Part shown: positions 16,315 to 24,507 of the stretch, piece after piece
Numbering within the stretch: position 1 is the first letter of the stretch
How the letters are laid out: each line of letters begins with the position of its first letter
DNA from: Bacteroidota bacterium
Lineage (GTDB): Bacteria; Bacteroidota; Bacteroidia; Bacteroidales; P3
Direction: 5' to 3'
DNA: 26,307 bases
Assembly (NCBI GenBank): GCA_030540495.1
Contig: JAUNWC010000001.1
Coordinates: forward strand, 1-26,307
Notes under the pieces: generated by a model
The model's database searches: none
What the model was told of the DNA's origin: nothing
The model's input: the letters and a program-made list of their open reading frames with translations, nothing else
Translations under genes and position numbers: made by a program

Positions 16315-18408
16315 TTACAAAACCATATTATCCACATAGCAATAAGGATAATCTCCTGTTAGTCTAAGAGCGATACGAGTACCTGTACTTGCCTCAGTAG
16401 TATAAGAGGAGAACATAGCAGTTTTTTCCTCAAAAGAAGAAGATAAATTAAAACTTGCCAAAGAAACAAAGGAAGTAGCAGCATTGTTAATATCAGTAAT
16501 AACGCCTACTTCTAAGTTGGTAGCATCGGAACCTCTCTTTGCTTGGAATCTAAGTTGCAAAGTGCTTATAGGCAATGTTTCCCAATCTATTACTGGAAGT
16601 ATGGTAATATTGGAAGTACCTGTCATATATAAACTTTGATATCCATCAACGGCAGCATTTTCTGAAAGATAAGCACCTGAATAGAAACTATTAAGAGTTT
16701 TTGCCCAACAAGGAGGCAAACCTGTGTCAGAGTCAGCAGATTCTTCAAAACCCCAGGTGTGAGGTACTGTGGTCAAAGCAGCACATTCTGTTACAAACGT
16801 ACTTACTTCACTATGAAGACTATCTCCTTCTGAGCAAATAACACTTACATAATAAGTATATTCTGTTGCAGGAGTTAAGTCACTTAGTGTAACGCTGTGA
16901 TTGTTTTCTGAGGAGGTTACCTCTGAGATGATTGTGTATTCTTCATCTGTGGAGGATTTGTAATGAACAACAAAATCTTCTCCTGTAGAAGTCCAATTGA
17001 TAGTAGCCGAGGTGGAAGCAGGGGTAACTGCTATTTGTCCCGGACGAGAACATTCTTGTACAGTATTTACTGTAACATCATCCACAAACCAATAACGATT
17101 GGAACCAGTAGAACGATAGGCAAAAGCAATACGAGGCAAAGTGCCTTCTTCTATTGTTATACCACTAAAAGAAACTTCGTACAAATGATAATCATTGTCT
17201 CCTATGTCTGCTGCTGTTATGCTCTGCATTGCAACAAAAGTAGTTGTATCTGCTATATCTTTTATATAACCAACAGAAAAAATGCCAGACAAACCATCTT
17301 CTCTACGAGTGTAGAAAGATATTTGCAAAGAGTCTAAACGTGTTTCAAAAGCAGGAAGCACAGCAAAGGAATTATTACTACCCGCTCTAAATTCTATACT
17401 ATTTTGACCTCCGTGAGCATAATACTGCATACTGGTAACTTGTGGATAAGAGGTAGCATAAGGATTTATAACATTCCAGCAGTTTGGCAAACTTCCCGAA
17501 GTATTGTCTTCGAAATTTCTTACCCAAGGAAGGTTTGTTATGCTTTCGCATGGAGTGGTAAAGGATATTTCTCTGTATAAAGATTGTTCGTTGTTTCCAC
17601 AATCTACTTTAACTCTAAATTTATAGGTTGTGTTTGCGTCCAAATTCTCAATAGTAACGTTTGCATCAGAAGTACTCTCATCGTTTGACCACGAGTTTGC
17701 TGAGGCTTTTTTGTAAGAATAATAGAAAGTTGCTCCATTTCTTTCTGGCCAAGAGAAAGTAGCAGAGGAGGAAGTAATATTAGAAGAAGTTAATGAGGCA
17801 ACTCTTGTACAAGGAGCCTGAGCAGAAATACTAAGTTTTACATCAGGGTAGAAATTGTTAACAGTACTAACCGTTAAATCTGACAAAACTATTGGACTAT
17901 AGTCATAAGAATCACTTAAAGAACGACCCGTACCAGAAGTTGATTGCCAAGTACCCGCAGCATGGTAACTATTGGTATAATCCTCTATACCAATAACCAA
18001 GTTGTTTGTTCCTTCGTATTGAAATGGAGTGTCAAGTGTTATTTGCGACCATTGACCTCCAACAACAGACCAAGTGCCATCATAAACCAAGGTAAAATCA
18101 TTTGCAGGCAAAGCATCTTGGCGAGAAGCAAAAGAACTTAATGATGTGGTTGCCATATAAACCTTTATGCTTCTTGTGGTACTAACAGTTGCGTCTGTAT
18201 TTCTAAAACTTATAGCACTAATGTAACCTGTGGAAGTTATCTCACTTGAGAGATAGATAGTTTGAGACGCTCCATAAAGGTAAAATAAATTGTGAGGAAC
18301 ATCTTGGTTTTCACTATAGTTATTACTGCCTATAGTAACCTCTGTTTGCGACCAGGTGCTAACGCTCATCAAGAGAGCCATTAGCATAAGGAGTAAACTT
18401 TTCTTCAT
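16315..18408 (-). CDS. N-terminal fragment of the split adhesin: signal peptide, N-terminal beta domain and two FN3+adhesin-like units
   Basis: Signal peptide MKKSLLLMLMALLMSVSTWSQ; FN3 signatures (ATFSW...LDANTTYKFRV; ATINW...LTPATEYTYYV). Confidence 0.7.
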   Translation of the reverse strand: MKKSLLLMLMALLMSVSTWSQTEVTIGSNNYSENQDVPHNLFYLYGASQTIYLSSEITSTGYISAISFRNTDATVSTTRSIKVYMATTSLSSFASRQDALPANDFTLVYDGTWSVVGGQWSQITLDTPFQYEGTNNLVIGIEDYTNSYHAAGTWQSTSGTGRSLSDSYDYSPIVLSDLTVSTVNNFYPDVKLSISAQAPCTRVASLTSSNITSSSATFSWPERNGATFYYSYKKASANSWSNDESTSDANVTIENLDANTTYKFRVKVDCGNNEQSLYREISFTTPCESITNLPWVRNFEDNTSGSLPNCWNVINPYATSYPQVTSMQYYAHGGQNSIEFRAGSNNSFAVLPAFETRLDSLQISFYTRREDGLSGIFSVGYIKDIADTTTFVAMQSITAADIGDNDYHLYEVSFSGITIEEGTLPRIAFAYRSTGSNRYWFVDDVTVNTVQECSRPGQIAVTPASTSATINWTSTGEDFVVHYKSSTDEEYTIISEVTSSENNHSVTLSDLTPATEYTYYVSVICSEGDSLHSEVSTFVTECAALTTVPHTWGFEESADSDTGLPPCWAKTLNSFYSGAYLSENAAVDGYQSLYMTGTSNITILPVIDWETLPISTLQLRFQAKRGSDATNLEVGVITDINNAATSFVSLASFNLSSSFEEKTAMFSSYTTEASTGTRIALRLTGDYPYCYVDNMVL

Positions 18409-18475
18409 TTGTGTGTTAATTTTTTTAATAAGGTTTGTAATTTGATTTAATTATAATTATTATTTTAAACGCTGG

Positions 18476-18507
18476 CAAATTTATATATAATTTTCTAATT
18501 CACCAAA
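18476..18507 (-). promoter_or_regulatory. Sigma-A promoter of the adhesin gene
   Basis: On the minus strand: TTTG (18507-18504), 20 nt, TAAATTTG (18483-18476). Confidence 0.72.
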
Positions 18508-18665
18508 TTTTGAACCAAATTTTTTATTTTCCCAATACAAAGTAAGACAGAGAAATATGCCTTTTGTTTTAATTATAACTAACTATGTTGTTTAAAAAAT
18601 TATGTGAAAATTTTTTTGATGAAAAATAAGTTTTTTTATAATGAATTTATACAAATTTATTTTAA

Positions 18666-18673
18666 TAATTTTG
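18666..18673 (+). promoter_or_regulatory. -7 element of the promoter for the lipid kinase run
   Basis: TAATTTTG, 67 nt upstream of the ATG at 18741. No clear -33 TTTG. Confidence 0.5.
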
Positions 18674-18740
18674 CAACATAGAAGAAAATAAGTTGCATAA
18701 TGGTCGGTCAGTCTATAATGTTTTGTAAAGAAGAGTTTGT

Positions 18741-19709
18741 ATGAAAGAAAAAATATTGTTTATAATCAACCCTGTCTCTGGCATAGGCAAACAAAAAACT
18801 GTGGAGCAAGCCATAGAAACACACTTGGATAAAAAAAAATATAATTATAATATAGCCTATACACAATATCCTCACCACGCTACCACAATAAGCAAAGAGG
18901 CTGTGCAAGAGGGTTATTCCATAGTAGTGGCAGTAGGAGGAGACGGGTCTATAAACGATTGTGTCAGAGGACTAATAAACACAAAAATCAAACTTGGAAT
19001 TATTCCTGCGGGTAGTGGCAATGGTTTGGCTCGTTGTTTGCACATACCCTTAGAGGTAACCAAAGCCATAGAGGTTATTAATCTTAACAACAACCTAAGA
19101 ATAGACACCATTAATCTTAACGACAGACCATACGCCTCAGTGGCAGGAGTGGGCTTTGATGCTTTGATAGCAAAGGAATTTACGGGCAGTAAGATACGTG
19201 GATTTCAGACCTATTTGAAACTTGTGCTTAAAGACTATCTAAACTATAAACCAAAGAAATATACCCTTATTGTGGATGGAATAGAAATAGAAAGAGAGGC
19301 TCTTTTTATTTCTTTTATGAATTCTAATCAGTTTGGTTACAATGCTATTATTGCTCCCAAAGCCTCGCTTAACGATGGGCTTTTGGACGTGGTGGTGGTA
19401 AAGAAACCTCCTATCATATTGGCTCCTTTTGTTGTGCAGATGATGTTTTTTCACAAAATGGACAAATCTCCATATGTAGAGACCTTTAGAGCCAAAGAAG
19501 TAGAAGTAAAAAATTTTGAAGACGGCATTCTAAACCTTGACGGCGAGGGAATAGAGTATAAGGAAAAGAGTTTGAAATTTTGTGTAGAGCCAAACGACCT
19601 AAACGTAATAGTACCAGACAAGAAAAACAAACAACCTTTCCTTAGCGAGAAAAAAATACTTGATTTAATAAAAAGCATAATATATGAGTTGCCAAAGAAA
19701 GAAGAATAA
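18741..19709 (+). CDS. Diacylglycerol kinase family lipid kinase (YegS/BmrU-like)
   Basis: 322 aa. Motifs NPVSG, GGDGS, PAGSGNGLAR and LDGE. Confidence 0.92.
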   Translation: MKEKILFIINPVSGIGKQKTVEQAIETHLDKKKYNYNIAYTQYPHHATTISKEAVQEGYSIVVAVGGDGSINDCVRGLINTKIKLGIIPAGSGNGLARCLHIPLEVTKAIEVINLNNNLRIDTINLNDRPYASVAGVGFDALIAKEFTGSKIRGFQTYLKLVLKDYLNYKPKKYTLIVDGIEIEREALFISFMNSNQFGYNAIIAPKASLNDGLLDVVVVKKPPIILAPFVVQMMFFHKMDKSPYVETFRAKEVEVKNFEDGILNLDGEGIEYKEKSLKFCVEPNDLNVIVPDKKNKQPFLSEKKILDLIKSIIYELPKKEE

Positions 19710-20031
19710 GGAGAATATTATAGTATATTCCACCGACCCGGATTTTGTTTATTTTCAAGAACAGGAACAAGAGCCACAAACACTTGAAAAAGAGAAACAA
19801 AACCTAAAAATATTTTTGGATAAGAAACAACGGGCAGGCAAAAAAGTTACTATTATTAGTAATTTCATAGGCAAGCAAGATGACCTTGTAGATTTGTCTA
19901 AGGTGTTGAAAACCAAATGTAGTGTTGGAGGAAGTGTAAAAGAAGGGGAGATTATCTTGCAAGGAGATTTTAGAGAAAAAGTTTTTGAAATACTTACAAA
20001 TTTAGGTTATAGGGCTAAGTTGATAAAATAA
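19684..20031 (+). CDS. SUI1/eIF1 family translation initiation factor (YciH-like)
   Basis: 115 aa. IVYSTDPDF, RAGKKVTII, LKTKCSVGGSVKEGEIILQGDFR. Overlaps the upstream gene by 26 nt. Confidence 0.92.
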   Translation: MSCQRKKNKENIIVYSTDPDFVYFQEQEQEPQTLEKEKQNLKIFLDKKQRAGKKVTIISNFIGKQDDLVDLSKVLKTKCSVGGSVKEGEIILQGDFREKVFEILTNLGYRAKLIK

Positions 20032-20061
20032 TAAACAAAAGAGTAAAAAAAAGAAAATACA

Positions 20062-20934
20062 ATGAAAACTATATTGATAACCGGAGCCAACGGACAACTT
20101 GGAATGAGTATTAGGAAAATAAGCAAAAACTATGATTTTGACTTTATTTTTACTGATTACGAAGAATTGGATATTACCAACAAAGAAGCCCTTGAGTTAT
20201 TTTTCTCTCAGAACAATATTTCTTTTGTAATAAACACTGCTGCCTATACCGCTGTGGATAAGGCAGAGCAAGAAAAGGAAAAATGCTCTTTGGTTAATGA
20301 TTATGCGGTGGAGAATCTTGCCAAAGTTTGTCAAAGTAATGGTACTTTCTTTATACACGTTTCCACTGACTATGTTTTTGATGGTAAAACTTGTCGTCCA
20401 TACTTCCCAGAGGATAAGCCTCAGCCTATTAACGTTTATGGGCAAAGCAAATTGGAAGGAGAAAACAAAGCCTTGTCTTTTTGTGAAAACTCCATAGTGG
20501 TTCGCACAAGCGGAGTATATAGTGAGTTTGGCAAAAATTTTGTAAAAACCATGCTCAATCTTTGTGCCGAAAAACCAGAATTAAGAGTTGTTTATGACCA
20601 AGTAATGTCGCCTTGCTATGCTACGGATTTGGCAGAATGTCTTATGGATATAGTAACGAAGATAAGCAAAGAAGGTATGCCAAAAAAGGAGTATAGGCTT
20701 TTGCATTATAGCAACGAAGGAATATTGTCATGGTATGATTTTGCAAAGAAAATAAACGACTTGGCAAATCTAAAATGCAAGATAATCCCTATTTTGGCAA
20801 AGGACTATCCAACTCTTGCTGTGCGTCCTAATTTCTCGGTTTTGGATAAGGGGCTGACAAAGGAATATTTAAACAAAAGTATTGCTCATTGGGAAGATGC
20901 TCTAAAAGAATGTTTAAAACACCTAATTTCTTAG
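20062..20934 (+). CDS. rfbD: dTDP-4-dehydrorhamnose reductase
   Basis: 290 aa. GANGQLG, AAYTAVDKAE, STDYVFDG, YGQSKLEGE (YxxxK) and a C-terminal RP motif. Confidence 0.94.
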   Translation: MKTILITGANGQLGMSIRKISKNYDFDFIFTDYEELDITNKEALELFFSQNNISFVINTAAYTAVDKAEQEKEKCSLVNDYAVENLAKVCQSNGTFFIHVSTDYVFDGKTCRPYFPEDKPQPINVYGQSKLEGENKALSFCENSIVVRTSGVYSEFGKNFVKTMLNLCAEKPELRVVYDQVMSPCYATDLAECLMDIVTKISKEGMPKKEYRLLHYSNEGILSWYDFAKKINDLANLKCKIIPILAKDYPTLAVRPNFSVLDKGLTKEYLNKSIAHWEDALKECLKHLIS

Positions 20935-20942
20935 CAAAAAAA

Positions 20943-21530
20943 ATGAAAACAATAAGAAAAATATCTTTGGTTCTTGTTGTTTTGTGTTTGTTGGCAAGTT
21001 GTAGTAATGTTAAGCGTATCAACAAGCCTACTCCTGCTAACTCTCGCACAAGGACAGTAACAAAAGAGACTCGCAACACATCTTCCACAACTACCAAAAG
21101 AGAGAAAGAGATGACAAATAGCGATATTTATGCCTCGTCTATGAAAGAATTAAAACAATATGGCTCCAACCTTACAGATTATTGTATTTCTTGGGTTGGC
21201 ACTCCATATAAAGCCGGTGGTACAACAAAGCAGGGAGTGGATTGCTCGGGCTTTGTGTGTGCTGTTTATAAGGATATGTATGATATACAACTCTCAAGAC
21301 GCAGTGCTGATATGACAAAGGATGTTACCATACTAAGTAGCAAAAACAGAATGAAAGAAGGTGACCTTATATTTTTTGGTAAAGGAAGAATTAACCATGT
21401 AGGAATATTTATAAGAGGCGATAAGTTTATACATGCCTCTTCGTCCAAGGGTGTTATTGTTTCTTCCTTAGAAGAAAAGTATTGGAAAGAGAATTATAAT
21501 TCTTGTGGTCATCATCCAAAAAGAAAATAA
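20943..21530 (+). CDS. NlpC/P60 (C40) peptidoglycan endopeptidase lipoprotein, Spr/MepS-like
   Basis: Start reassigned to 20943, giving a lipoprotein signal ending LASC. GTPYKAGG, GVDCSGFV (Cys), HVGIF (His) and FIHASS. Confidence 0.92.
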   Translation: MKTIRKISLVLVVLCLLASCSNVKRINKPTPANSRTRTVTKETRNTSSTTTKREKEMTNSDIYASSMKELKQYGSNLTDYCISWVGTPYKAGGTTKQGVDCSGFVCAVYKDMYDIQLSRRSADMTKDVTILSSKNRMKEGDLIFFGKGRINHVGIFIRGDKFIHASSSKGVIVSSLEEKYWKENYNSCGHHPKRK

Positions 21531-21553
21531 TTTTTTTAGATAAATAGTTGTTT

Positions 21554-23050
21554 ATGAAGTTTTTTTTATTTGATTCCTCTTCTCCTTTATTATTCACTCA
21601 AACTATTTTCTGGGTGTTTCTTTTGGTGGTGTTAGTGTTTTTTGGTTTGCTAAAAAATAAAATCAAACTTTCTCACCTTTGGTTATTGTTGGTTAGTTAC
21701 TTTTTTTATTATAAGTCTTCGGGCAACTTTGTTGTTTTGTTGCTAAGCGTCACGTTTATAACTTTTATTTTTGCAAGGCTGCTACCCAAGATAACCTCTA
21801 AACCACTAAAAAGAACCTTACTTTTTTTTGGTATTCTATTGGATGCTTCTTTTTTGCTTTATTTCAAATATACATATTTCTTTGTAGATACCATTAATCA
21901 GGTTTGGAAAACCAATTTTGTTGCTGTGGATTATCTTTCTTTGTTTGTCAATAATAGTTTTGGCACCAATTTCTCTGTGGATAAGATAATTCTCCCTGTT
22001 GGTATATCTTTCTTTACTTTTCAAGCCATAAGTTATTTGGCAGATGTTTATAAAGAAAAAATTGACACAAAAACATCTTTCTGGGATTTTGCTTTTTATC
22101 TTAGTTTCTTTCCTCAACTTGTAGCAGGACCTATTGTAAGGGCAGAGAACTTTTTGCCTCAACTCAAAAAACCTTATTCTCTTTCCAAACAAGATTTTAA
22201 TAAAGCCTTCTTTCTTATACTCAATGGTTTGATAAAAAAGATTTTTGTCTCAGATTATATTTCTATAAACTTTGTGGATAGAGTTTTCTCTTCTCCTGAT
22301 ACTTTTAGCGGAGTGGAAAATCTTTTAGCCTCATACGGCTATACCTTACAAATATATTGCGATTTTAGTGGTTATACTGATATAGCCATAGCCATCTCTC
22401 TTTTGTTTGGTTTTCGTTTGCCAAAGAACTTTAATTCACCATATAAGGCTGTGAATATTACTGATTTTTGGCATAGGTGGCATATTTCTTTATCCACTTG
22501 GCTAAGAGATTATATTTACATACCGCTTGGTGGCAATCGCAAAGGCAAAATAAGACAATACATCAATTTACTTACTACTATGCTTATAGGAGGTTTTTGG
22601 CACGGAGCAAATATAAAATTTGTCTTTTGGGGCTTTTGTCATGGAGTTTTACTTATCTTGGATAAGTTACTTAATATGATGGTAAAACCTTTGCAAAACA
22701 ATAAGATATACAGAATTTTTTCTGCTATAATATGTTTTCACCTTGTGGCAGTTCTTTGGATATTCTTTCGTGCAGATAGTTTTGAGTTAGCAACAACGGT
22801 TTTACAAAAGATTTTTTCTCTTAACCCTAATGCTTTCTTGCCTGTTATTCTTGCCTATTGGAAACCTTTGAGTATAATACTTTTTGCTATGATTATTCAC
22901 ATTTTGCCACAAAAAGCAAAGGACTTTATAAGAAACATTTTCTATCGCTCTCCTTTGTTCCTAAAGATAATTTATGCTTTGATAGTGGTGTTTGTTCTTT
23001 CTCAGGTAAAAAGTGCAAGCATACAACCTTTTATTTACTTTCAGTTCTAA
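21554..23050 (+). CDS. MBOAT family O-acyltransferase (AlgI/DltB/PatA-like)
   Basis: Motifs LPVGISFFTFQAISY, FFPQLVAGPIVRA, YCDFSGYTDIA, FWHRWHISLSTWLRDYIYIPLGG and GFWHGA. ATG at 21554. Confidence 0.93.
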   Translation: MKFFLFDSSSPLLFTQTIFWVFLLVVLVFFGLLKNKIKLSHLWLLLVSYFFYYKSSGNFVVLLLSVTFITFIFARLLPKITSKPLKRTLLFFGILLDASFLLYFKYTYFFVDTINQVWKTNFVAVDYLSLFVNNSFGTNFSVDKIILPVGISFFTFQAISYLADVYKEKIDTKTSFWDFAFYLSFFPQLVAGPIVRAENFLPQLKKPYSLSKQDFNKAFFLILNGLIKKIFVSDYISINFVDRVFSSPDTFSGVENLLASYGYTLQIYCDFSGYTDIAIAISLLFGFRLPKNFNSPYKAVNITDFWHRWHISLSTWLRDYIYIPLGGNRKGKIRQYINLLTTMLIGGFWHGANIKFVFWGFCHGVLLILDKLLNMMVKPLQNNKIYRIFSAIICFHLVAVLWIFFRADSFELATTVLQKIFSLNPNAFLPVILAYWKPLSIILFAMIIHILPQKAKDFIRNIFYRSPLFLKIIYALIVVFVLSQVKSASIQPFIYFQF

Positions 23051-23070
23051 GAAAAGCAAAGGATTTGCTT
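23051..23070. terminator. Short hairpin between convergent genes, possible terminator
   Basis: AAGCAAA-GGA-TTTGCTT in the 33-nt gap between the MBOAT and LRR stops. Confidence 0.45.
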
Positions 23071-23083
23071 AGGCTATAACTAC

Positions 23084-23587
23084 TTATTTTCTGCTTCCAC
23101 AATTGCAAGGGTGGTCTTTGCGTATGCGAGCCTTTGGGAAAAGTTTTTTGATAGCCTTTTGTTCCGAGCGAGTCATCTGTATAGCCCTAATATCAAGATA
23201 TTTAAGGTTAGTATTCTTATAACTTTCGTCAAATTCTCTTATACTATTATCCCAAAGTATAAGAGTATCTAAGGGCAGGGAGGCGAGTTCTTTGGGCAAG
23301 TAAGAGAGCATATTTTGAGCAGCGTTCAAGTAATGCAATTGTTTTAACTCTGCTATTTCTTTGGGTATATGGTCTATATAGTTGCGAGAAATGTCTAAGC
23401 GTTGCAAATTGCTCAAACTCAATATTTCCAAAGGAAATTCTTTAAGGTTTTGTTTTTTTAGTATAAGTGTGGTAACGCTATCTTTGTTCTGCAAAGCCTC
23501 TTGTATGTTATAACAAGTAAGCCCCTGTGCATATGCATACAAAGAGAGCAAACTCAAAAAACAATTAAGCAAGCACCTTCTTAGCAT
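23084..23587 (-). CDS. Small exported leucine-rich-repeat protein
   Basis: 167 aa. Signal peptide and about four LxxLxLxxN repeats (LQRLDISRNYI, LHYLNAAQNML, LDTLILWDNSI); C-terminal HPCNCG. Confidence 0.82.
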   Translation of the reverse strand: MLRRCLLNCFLSLLSLYAYAQGLTCYNIQEALQNKDSVTTLILKKQNLKEFPLEILSLSNLQRLDISRNYIDHIPKEIAELKQLHYLNAAQNMLSYLPKELASLPLDTLILWDNSIREFDESYKNTNLKYLDIRAIQMTRSEQKAIKKLFPKARIRKDHPCNCGSRK

Positions 23588-24494
23588 TTTCTATATCTAT
23601 TTTCATTTGACCTATAAGCAAAGATTTGTCTTCAAATTTTCTTTCTTCCCTAAGATAATCCACAAAAAACAACCTTATGTTTTCGTTATATATCTCTTCG
23701 TTGAAATCAAAGATAAAGGTTTCTATACTCCTATCCTTTCTTTCAAAGGTTGGTCTTGTGCCTATGTTGGTTACACTATTGTATAACCGATTTTTGTATA
23801 AAACTCTTGTGGCATAGACTCCATTTTTTGGTACAATTTTCTTTGTGGGTATTTGTATGTTTGCTGTTGGAAAGCCCAAACTCCTACCTATTTGATAGCC
23901 TTTTGTTATGTTAGAATAGATGGAAAACTCCTCTTCTAACATTTTATTTGCCAAAACTATATTGCCATTTTTTATTGCTTTGCGTATGGCAGAGGAGGAT
24001 ATTTCTATTTCCTGCTCATACATTGTGTTTTTGTCTTGTATTATTTGAGTAGAGAGATATTTTCCTTCGCTTATAATTTCCTTAAATTCAGTGTTATTTG
24101 GGTTGCCAAAACTATTATCATAACCCAAAACCAAGGCTTTGAGAATTGTTTTCTTTTGCAGTATGTTTAGAAATTCTTTTGGACTGATTTTTGCAAATTC
24201 TTTGGTAAAGAATACTTCAAAGATATAATCCACTCCTTGTTCGGCTATTTTGTTATAACGCTCCTGCTTGCTTTGAATTAACTCTATAGGGTTTTGCTCT
24301 TGCTTGCTATCCAAAACCTCGCGAGGATGATTAGAAAAGGTTACAACCACACTTTTTGCTCCAAAATTCTGAGCCCTTTGTCTCAAATCTTGCAACATAA
24401 ACTTATGCCCCTTATGCACTCCATCAAACATTCCTATAGTAACCACACAAGGAAAAGGCAAAAAAATTATATCATCTAAGTTTAGTATTTCCAA
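23565..24494 (-). CDS. ribF: Bifunctional riboflavin kinase / FAD synthetase
   Basis: 309 aa. GMFDGVHKGH, ISSSAIR, GRSLGFPTAN, GVYAT, NIGTRPTF and LREERKF. Confidence 0.95.
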   Translation of the reverse strand: MEILNLDDIIFLPFPCVVTIGMFDGVHKGHKFMLQDLRQRAQNFGAKSVVVTFSNHPREVLDSKQEQNPIELIQSKQERYNKIAEQGVDYIFEVFFTKEFAKISPKEFLNILQKKTILKALVLGYDNSFGNPNNTEFKEIISEGKYLSTQIIQDKNTMYEQEIEISSSAIRKAIKNGNIVLANKMLEEEFSIYSNITKGYQIGRSLGFPTANIQIPTKKIVPKNGVYATRVLYKNRLYNSVTNIGTRPTFERKDRSIETFIFDFNEEIYNENIRLFFVDYLREERKFEDKSLLIGQMKIDIENAKKVLA

Positions 24495-24507
24495 AGTTTT
24501 ATTTGTT

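Larger units (their letters stand above)
12280..18408 (-). pseudogene. ~2042-codon T9SS-secreted surface protein (FN3 plus adhesin/MAM-like repeats), interrupted by one in-frame TAA at 16315-16317
   Basis: ORFs 16315-18408 and 12280-16293 are in the same frame, separated by TAA plus 7 sense codons (VDNMVL*TIPDCPPVQQ), which matches the other repeat junctions. The signal peptide is only on the first ORF and the T9SS CTD only on the second. Confidence 0.8.

Noticed and set aside
16315-16317. Genome-wide stop-codon reassignment, or Sec/Pyl recoding
   Set aside because: The codon is TAA, not TGA or TAG, and TAA ends many intact genes here (fucosidase, purL, TPR, folB).
16293-16320. Programmed frameshift or phase-variable homopolymer in the adhesin
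   Set aside because: Both ORFs are in the same frame (21 nt apart) and there is no long slippery tract at the junction.
12280-18408. Horizontally acquired island, based on apparently higher GC
   Set aside because: Spot counts only (about 42% vs 27% in two 60-nt lines). This is explainable by Thr/Ser/Ala/Gly-rich coding, and there are no integrase, tRNA or att-like repeats.
18672-18697. TGCAAC-N14-GTTGCA inverted repeat at the lipid kinase promoter
   Set aside because: Only 6-bp arms, one of which is the ordinary TTTGCA extension of the -7 box; expected by chance.
20889-20942. ORF-track start of NlpC/P60 at 20889
   Set aside because: It overlaps rfbD; the ATG at 20943 gives a canonical lipoprotein signal.
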